64,000 bases of DNA from Halanaerobiaceae bacterium ANBcel28 (GTDB taxonomy: Bacteria; Bacillota; Halanaerobiia; Halanaerobiales; DTU029), in contig JBBJJH010000001.1 of assembly GCA_037623315.1 (NCBI GenBank), forward strand, positions 77,019-141,018, read 5' to 3'. Below, piece after piece: positions 58,521-64,000 of the stretch. The notes below the pieces were generated by a model. That model had not been told where the DNA came from and did not search any database. It saw only the letters and a program-made list of their open reading frames with translations. Made by a program: the position numbers and the translations under genes. Position 1 is the first letter of the stretch; every line of letters starts with the position of its first letter.

Positions 58521-58691
58521 AGTATCCTCTTTCTTTTCATAGTTTTTTTTAGTTTCTGCTTATCCCACTTTTTTCATGCAAAAAGAAGATATTAAAATCA
58601 TCATTTGTTCCTACTAAAATAACCAGCTCCCCATATGTGACTTCCGCCTTAGGAGCAAAAACCCCTTGTGCTCTACCTTTAGCCTGGCAAA

Positions 58692-58883
58692 TTATTCTTC
58701 ACTACAACAATCTTGAGAATCTTGAGAAGTTTCTCTCCTATCTACCATGATTACTTCTTCTAAAGGCACTCCATCTTTATAGTCAGTAGTCCAGCGAACC
58801 TGACTCGTCAGAAATAAAGCAAGTAATAAAGCAAGAGCTAAAATTATAAGCATAAACCTCTCTATAGTTCTGCTCATTTTCAT
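58692..58883 (-). CDS. small membrane protein, unknown (end of ccm operon)
   Basis: 63 aa; one TM helix then acidic tail with CC motif. Confidence 0.35.
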   Translation of the reverse strand: MKMSRTIERFMLIILALALLLALFLTSQVRWTTDYKDGVPLEEVIMVDRRETSQDSQDCCSEE

Positions 58884-58954
58884 CCCCCTTTTTAGCTTCT
58901 TAGATCTTTTAAAATTTATTTTTCTAATCTACTTATTTTGAAAGACTAATAATT

Positions 58955-59095
58955 CTATTTCTTTTCTAAAACCTTTCTTAAGAACTTAATCTCTTTTTCT
59001 ATCTTTTTTTGCTTACTTTCTATCTTAAGAGTATAGGCAAAAATAAGAGTCCAAATAAGTAGATAAGCTATTAACAAATAATTAAGATAATCCAT
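58955..59095 (-). CDS. ccmD: heme exporter protein CcmD (46 aa; below ORF-track cutoff)
   Basis: Hand translation: GGAGG SD then ATG: MDYLNYLLIAYLLIWTLIFAYTLKIESKQKKIEKEIKFLRKVLEKK*, immediately downstream of ccmC. Confidence 0.6.
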   Translation of the reverse strand: MDYLNYLLIAYLLIWTLIFAYTLKIESKQKKIEKEIKFLRKVLEKK

Positions 59096-59215
59096 TTTTT
59101 CCTCCTTTTTACTTCTTTACTTACAAAAGAATTTCATAATAAACTTAAATGAAAACAATCATGACGTTACCTCTTTATCTATAGTTTATCTATAGACACT
59201 TAATATACACGACGA

Positions 59216-59911
59216 TTAATTACGCTTCTTTTTCAAAGCTTCTTTAATCTCTCTCAATTCTTCAGACAAGATCTCTAATTTGATCCTTTTAACTAATATA
59301 TGCCAATATAAAAAACTGAAGGCCAGTACACTTACTATTAATGTATGTATCATTCTGATATCTAAACTGTTACTACCTCCCGAAACTACAGTTGGGTGTA
59401 TTGAACTCCACCATCTAACTGACATAAATACTATTGGAACATTAATAAATGCAATAATTCCAAAAACAGCTGCTAATACTCCTGTCTTTTCATTGTCTGC
59501 TGAAAGTCTAATTAGAATATATGCTAGATATATAAAGCAAAGAATCAAAGTTGTAGTTAAACGAGGATCCCAGGTCCACCATGCATTCCAAACTGGCTTT
59601 GCCCAAATAGGTCCTGTAATTAAAACAATTGTTGTAAAAACAAGTCCAATTTCAGCTGATGCTAAGGCAAGTACATTGGAAATATAGTCCCTCTTTTTTA
59701 AGTAATATATACTTGCTAAAAAAACTACAAAGAAAGCAAAAAAAGCAACCCAGGCTGATGCTACATGATAATAGAAAATACGCTGTATATCCCCCATGAT
59801 TAACTCTTGGGGTGCATAAATAAAAATCATGTAAAGACTTATACTTACAAGTAAAAAAGTAGGCCACTTAGAAAATTGAGATACTTTATTAATAAAATCC
59901 ACTTTATGCAT
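59216..59911 (-). CDS. ccmC: heme exporter protein CcmC
   Basis: WWD motif NAWWTWDPRLT. Confidence 0.85.
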   Translation of the reverse strand: MHKVDFINKVSQFSKWPTFLLVSISLYMIFIYAPQELIMGDIQRIFYYHVASAWVAFFAFFVVFLASIYYLKKRDYISNVLALASAEIGLVFTTIVLITGPIWAKPVWNAWWTWDPRLTTTLILCFIYLAYILIRLSADNEKTGVLAAVFGIIAFINVPIVFMSVRWWSSIHPTVVSGGSNSLDIRMIHTLIVSVLAFSFLYWHILVKRIKLEILSEELREIKEALKKKRN

Positions 59912-59915
59912 TTCA

Positions 59916-60605
59916 CTACACCTCCATTAAAAAATCAAATAGAACAAAGGGTACAACAATAAAGAGTATATTATAGACTATTAAGAGTCTTAGCCAAAAA
60001 GCCATTTCAATAATTTCTTTACCTTCTAGAACACCTGTTGTTAATTCTAGTGCTGCTATTAAAATAGGTAAGAACATCGGTAAAAAAATGACTGGAAATA
60101 ATACTTCACTTCCACTTAGATTTGAACTTAATGCTGCTAAAAAGGTCCCAATTGCTACAAAGGCAAAGGTCCCTAAACTGACGACAATGATTAAAGCAAG
60201 AAAAGATCCTGTCATTTCGTAATTAAATATTACTATTAAAAAAAATAAGGATAATCCTTCTATTATGAACATATATATTAGATTTGCCAATAACTTAGCG
60301 AAATATATAACGCTTTTATCAAGAGGACAGAGCATTAAACCATATATACTATTATTATTCTTTTCAAGATTGAAAGAGCGATTAAGTGCCATTATACCGG
60401 AAAAGATGAAAATCACCCATATAAGCCCTGGGAAAATATATTCTAAATTTATTGCTCTAGAATCAAAGACAAAGGCAAATACAAGCACCACCAGGAAAGC
60501 AAAAACTATTACAGAAGCTATCATGTCTTTTTTTCTAAACTCAATTTTTAAATCTTTCAAAACAATTATTTTTATTTGCTTTAAATATAGCAATATATCT
60601 TTCAT
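59916..60605 (-). CDS. ccmB: heme exporter permease CcmB
   Basis: Polytopic membrane protein between ccmA and ccmC; overlapping stop/start with ccmA. Confidence 0.75.
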   Translation of the reverse strand: MKDILLYLKQIKIIVLKDLKIEFRKKDMIASVIVFAFLVVLVFAFVFDSRAINLEYIFPGLIWVIFIFSGIMALNRSFNLEKNNNSIYGLMLCPLDKSVIYFAKLLANLIYMFIIEGLSLFFLIVIFNYEMTGSFLALIIVVSLGTFAFVAIGTFLAALSSNLSGSEVLFPVIFLPMFLPILIAALELTTGVLEGKEIIEMAFWLRLLIVYNILFIVVPFVLFDFLMEV

Positions 60606-61333
60606 TCATTCTCACCTATTAGTTCACTATACCTGTCATATAATTCTTTCAAAGTATAATTAGAAGTTCTAGCAGAATATTTTATACTACCATTTAATAA
60701 TATTATGAACTTATCAGATATTTTGAAGCCTTGCTCTAAATTATGAGTAACAATTACTGTAGATCTTCCCTTTTTGTTCAAGTCCTTAATAATCTTATTT
60801 AAAATTACAATAGCATGCTGATCAAGTCCAGTATATGGTTCATCTAATAGCAATAATTCGGGATAATGTATAATCGCTCTAGCTATAGCAAGTCGCTGCT
60901 TCATTCCTCTAGAAAAGCTATCCACCAAATCATAAAGACAATAATCCAAACCTACTTCTCTAATTACTGTCAGAATCCTATCTTCATAATTAGACAAACT
61001 ATACATTTGAGCATAAAACTCAAGATTTTCATATGCGGTTAAGCTGTCATATAAAAAGGTCTTATGGGAAACCAGTCCTACTTTTCTTTTAATCTTAGCT
61101 GATGTTTTACGAATATCTTCCCCCATTAGAATAATTTTTCCCTTTGCAGGAGTGCTTAGAGTAGATAGTAGGTTTAATAAAGTTGTTTTTCCAGCACCAT
61201 TTGGGCCAAAAATAGATAGTATCTCTCCCTCTTGCAGATTCAAACTGATACCTTTTAAAACCTCTTTACCAGCCAGTCTCTTTTTTAGATTCTCTACTAC
61301 TAATGTTGACTTAACTGCCTCCACAGTAAACAC
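60602..61333 (-). CDS. ccmA: heme exporter ATP-binding protein CcmA
   Basis: GPNGAGKTTLLNLL Walker A; LLDEPYTGLD. Confidence 0.8.
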   Translation of the reverse strand: MFTVEAVKSTLVVENLKKRLAGKEVLKGISLNLQEGEILSIFGPNGAGKTTLLNLLSTLSTPAKGKIILMGEDIRKTSAKIKRKVGLVSHKTFLYDSLTAYENLEFYAQMYSLSNYEDRILTVIREVGLDYCLYDLVDSFSRGMKQRLAIARAIIHYPELLLLDEPYTGLDQHAIVILNKIIKDLNKKGRSTVIVTHNLEQGFKISDKFIILLNGSIKYSARTSNYTLKELYDRYSELIGENE

Positions 61334-61405
61334 TCCCCATATAACTTTATGTGCTTCAGATAAAATTTCATAATTATATTAAGATTTTAAGCTTTTTCTT
61401 TAGCT

Positions 61406-61651
61406 CTAAAATTTGCTTATAATATTCTTAATTTCTTTTTTAAAATGTCTATACTTCTCTTCTGATATGTTATTTAATAAATAATCAAACTCAAGCTGAT
61501 CATATAGACGTAATACTTTCTTTAAACTTGATTTTTCTACCTTTAAAGAACTTATTTCTTTCGAGTAATTAACGACTTCTTTTTCGAAAAAAGGATATGC
61601 AATTAGATAAAAAATTAAAATTGCAAAGATGAAACTTATGACTACTTCCAT
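61406..61651 (-). CDS. small membrane protein between ccmF and ccmA
   Basis: 81 aa; N-terminal TM helix. Confidence 0.4.
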   Translation of the reverse strand: MEVVISFIFAILIFYLIAYPFFEKEVVNYSKEISSLKVEKSSLKKVLRLYDQLEFDYLLNNISEEKYRHFKKEIKNIISKF

Positions 61652-61743
61652 TTTAATTCACCTCAAATTACTTGTCATCTTCATTTTTATAGGAACTTAT
61701 AGTATTAATAGCAAGAAAGAGACCTGTAGTAAAATACTTTTCT

Positions 61744-63726
61744 TTATATAGGATCCTTTGATAGCCTTTTATAATATTCTCTGTCATCAGGCCAAAGAGC
61801 AATTATTGCACCAATAACAAGAACTCTCATTCCCCAGAATAAGAAGGCAATTAGCGGATTACTCACAATCCAGAAAGTGGCTTCTGCTCCGGCAAAATCC
61901 CAGCCAGCTAATACCATATATAAATCTCTAGCTGGCTTTCTTTGAAAATCAACTCTTGCACTTGAATTATTAGCCTGAGGTGTGCCGAAATATTCCTGCG
62001 CCGGACGTAAGATAGCATAATCAAGGCCATCTTTCCTTACATCAACTTCCGCAAAAACTGTAGTTTTGTGGTCTGATTCAGTATGTTTTAAACCATTATA
62101 AGCCAGTTCATAATCTAAAAATTGAATACTTTCTCCTGCTGCAAGACTTACCTCTATTTCATCTTGATAAGTACTAGAAGCTGCTATTCCAAGCACCATC
62201 ATAATAATCGCAATATGTACTATATATCCTCCATATCTTCTTCTATTATCAGCAAACAGTTTAAAAATAGCAGTAAAAATTCCTTTCCCCTGCCCTTTTA
62301 TACTAATTCTTATATCACGCATAAAACGATATACTGTGACTTCTAATACGAAAAATGAAGCTGTAATTGCAAATAATGCTGGTAGATTTCTTATTTCCAA
62401 AAAGAAATATAATACAGTTGCGAAAAGAAAAGCAAAAATAAAAGGCATAATAAATAGCTTTTTTATTCTATTTGATGATAAGTGACCCCAGGGCATAAGT
62501 GTAGAAAAACCCATTAGTACAAGCATAACTATCCATAATGGAATAGTAATCATATTAAAAAACTCTTCTCCCAAGTACACCTGTGTACCTATTAGCCAAT
62601 CTGTAAGTAATGGGTAGATTGTACCAAATAGAACAGCAAGAACAGTAAGAACCTGAATAACATTATTAGCTAAAAAGCTATTTTCTTTGGATAATAGTGC
62701 TATCTCCCTCTTTTTACTTTTTAAACCTTGATGACGCCAAATAAATAACGTAAGACTAGCAGTGATAATTACTAAGATGAAAATCAAAAAGTAAATTCCA
62801 GTATCTCTTTCAGCAAAGGCATGGACAGAAGCCAATATTCCGCTCCTAGTTATAAATGTTCCAAAGATTGTCAGAATAAAACTGGACATTACTAAGACAA
62901 CATTCCATATCTTAAAACTGCCTTTCTTCTCTTGTATAATAAGTGAATGTAAGAAAGCTGTTATTGTTAACCATGGAAAAAGAGAAGCATTTTCAACAGG
63001 ATCCCAGGCCCAATAACCCCCCCAACCTAGTTCCACATAGGCCCATTCTGCCCCAGATACCATACCAAGTGTCAAAAAGAGCCAGGTAAACAAGGTCCAC
63101 CTTCTAACTACTTTTATCCAGGCCTCCCCTTTCAAACCTAATAGTAAGTCCGCTATTAGATAAGCAAAAGGTATTGCTACCCCAACATAGCCTAAATATT
63201 GTGTTAAGGGATGAATAAGCATACCTATATTTTGCAACATAGGATTCATACCGGCCCCATCTTGTACAATAAAATTCACTCTGTTAAAGGGGTTACTATC
63301 GAAATTTAGTAATATTAAAAAGAAAGAAGCAATAAGCAAAACTACCATACTTGCATATGGTTTTAATCTTGACTTTAAAGGATCTTTTGAGAAAGTAAGA
63401 ATTACTCCATATATAGATAAAATCCATACCCATAATAGTAATGAACCACTATTTCCAGCCCAGAATGCTGATAACTTATACATCATAGGCAGATCTCTAT
63501 TTGTATAATGTGCAACATATTCAAGTGAAAAATCACTTATACCTAATAAATAAAGCAAAATTATTGATGCAGATGTGAGTAAAATTGCATTAGCTAGTAC
63601 ACCATTTTGAGCACTTCTAATTACTTTCTTATTATTAAATTTTACCCCTATTATAAAAGAAAATATTGAATAAATTACTACTACTAAAGCCATCCATAAC
63701 AAAGCTGATGCAATTTCTGCCATCAA
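61744..63726 (-). CDS. ccmF: cytochrome c-type biogenesis protein CcmF
   Basis: WWD motif GWGGYWAWDPVENASL; about 15 TM helices. Confidence 0.85.
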   Translation of the reverse strand: MMAEIASALLWMALVVVIYSIFSFIIGVKFNNKKVIRSAQNGVLANAILLTSASIILLYLLGISDFSLEYVAHYTNRDLPMMYKLSAFWAGNSGSLLLWVWILSIYGVILTFSKDPLKSRLKPYASMVVLLIASFFLILLNFDSNPFNRVNFIVQDGAGMNPMLQNIGMLIHPLTQYLGYVGVAIPFAYLIADLLLGLKGEAWIKVVRRWTLFTWLFLTLGMVSGAEWAYVELGWGGYWAWDPVENASLFPWLTITAFLHSLIIQEKKGSFKIWNVVLVMSSFILTIFGTFITRSGILASVHAFAERDTGIYFLIFILVIITASLTLFIWRHQGLKSKKREIALLSKENSFLANNVIQVLTVLAVLFGTIYPLLTDWLIGTQVYLGEEFFNMITIPLWIVMLVLMGFSTLMPWGHLSSNRIKKLFIMPFIFAFLFATVLYFFLEIRNLPALFAITASFFVLEVTVYRFMRDIRISIKGQGKGIFTAIFKLFADNRRRYGGYIVHIAIIMMVLGIAASSTYQDEIEVSLAAGESIQFLDYELAYNGLKHTESDHKTTVFAEVDVRKDGLDYAILRPAQEYFGTPQANNSSARVDFQRKPARDLYMVLAGWDFAGAEATFWIVSNPLIAFLFWGMRVLVIGAIIALWPDDREYYKRLSKDPI

Positions 63727-63831
63727 ATCCCCCCTGAATCGAACTATTCTTAATAAAAGTCATTATTACCTTCTATATATAAATCTACCCGCGAGTTAAG
63801 TACTACTAAAACTATCTCCTAAACGAATATC

Positions 63832-64000
63832 TCACTCTATTTCATCAGGATGTTCTTGAAAATCTGATGCTTCATATCTAGAAGGACACTGCATTAGCAA
63901 TTCATGAGCATCTATATATTCTCCATTGATAAATTTACCTTTTACAATAGCTACTTGTCCATCTTGAAAATTATTTGGTTTAATACCCTGATATACTACA
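63832..64000 (-). CDS. ccmE: cytochrome c maturation protein CcmE, C-terminal fragment (gene continues beyond window end)
   Basis: Hand translation: ...VYQGIKPNNFQDGQVAIVKGKFINGEYIDAHELLMQCPSRYEASDFQEHPDEIE*; the QCPSRY tail resembles the CcmE KCPSKY C-terminal motif. Confidence 0.55.
   Translation of the reverse strand, partial: VVYQGIKPNNFQDGQVAIVKGKFINGEYIDAHELLMQCPSRYEASDFQEHPDEIE

Overview
AT-rich (about 30% GC overall) bacterial chromosomal window, most likely a halophilic anaerobic Firmicute, with almost all genes on the minus strand. I found no rRNA genes or CRISPR arrays, and nothing tRNA-like in the long intergenic regions.

**Main content, left to right:**
- An accessory cluster at 1-3745: a partial AAA-ATPase, a pRiA4b-ORF3-like protein and an AAA-like ATPase.
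- A complete type I Wadjet operon jetA-jetB-jetC-[vapB-vapC]-jetD (4448-13325). A VapBC toxin-antitoxin pair sits inside it, and an apparently orphan Phd/YefM antitoxin and a strong terminator follow it.
- An OLD-family (P2 Old / GajA-like) ABC-ATPase whose Toprim half lies in a shifted frame, making it a pseudogene or a frameshifted gene (13533-15238). It is bracketed by two near-identical consensus sigma-A promoter modules, one driving jetA and one driving ywbE.
- uppP; a zinc-ribbon membrane protein; and a secreted MBL-hydrolase/ComEA-HhH fusion.
- A small cluster with GNAT, a zinc-ribbon protein, an HD-domain (p)ppGpp-hydrolase-like protein and an FRG-domain protein.
- An NfeD - flotillin - giant (about 1630 aa) AAA_5/MoxR-like ATPase operon of unknown function (26123-33758).
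- Metabolic and transport genes: aldo/keto reductase, FAD oxidoreductase, 2-hydroxyacid dehydrogenase, a UvrD-like helicase, PEP-mutase family, MarR plus an ABC-2 exporter, a GH5 glycosidase and a serine hydrolase.
- Spore-associated LysM and CotF proteins.
- An FMN riboswitch controlling an ECF riboflavin S-component (ribU).
- A methyltransferase downstream of a Phd-domain/Uma2-nuclease fusion; a radical-SAM SPL-like gene; a GC-rich selO.
- A System I cytochrome c maturation operon (ccmE' F A B C D).

Several rho-independent terminators share a conserved ACAGCCAGCC stem.
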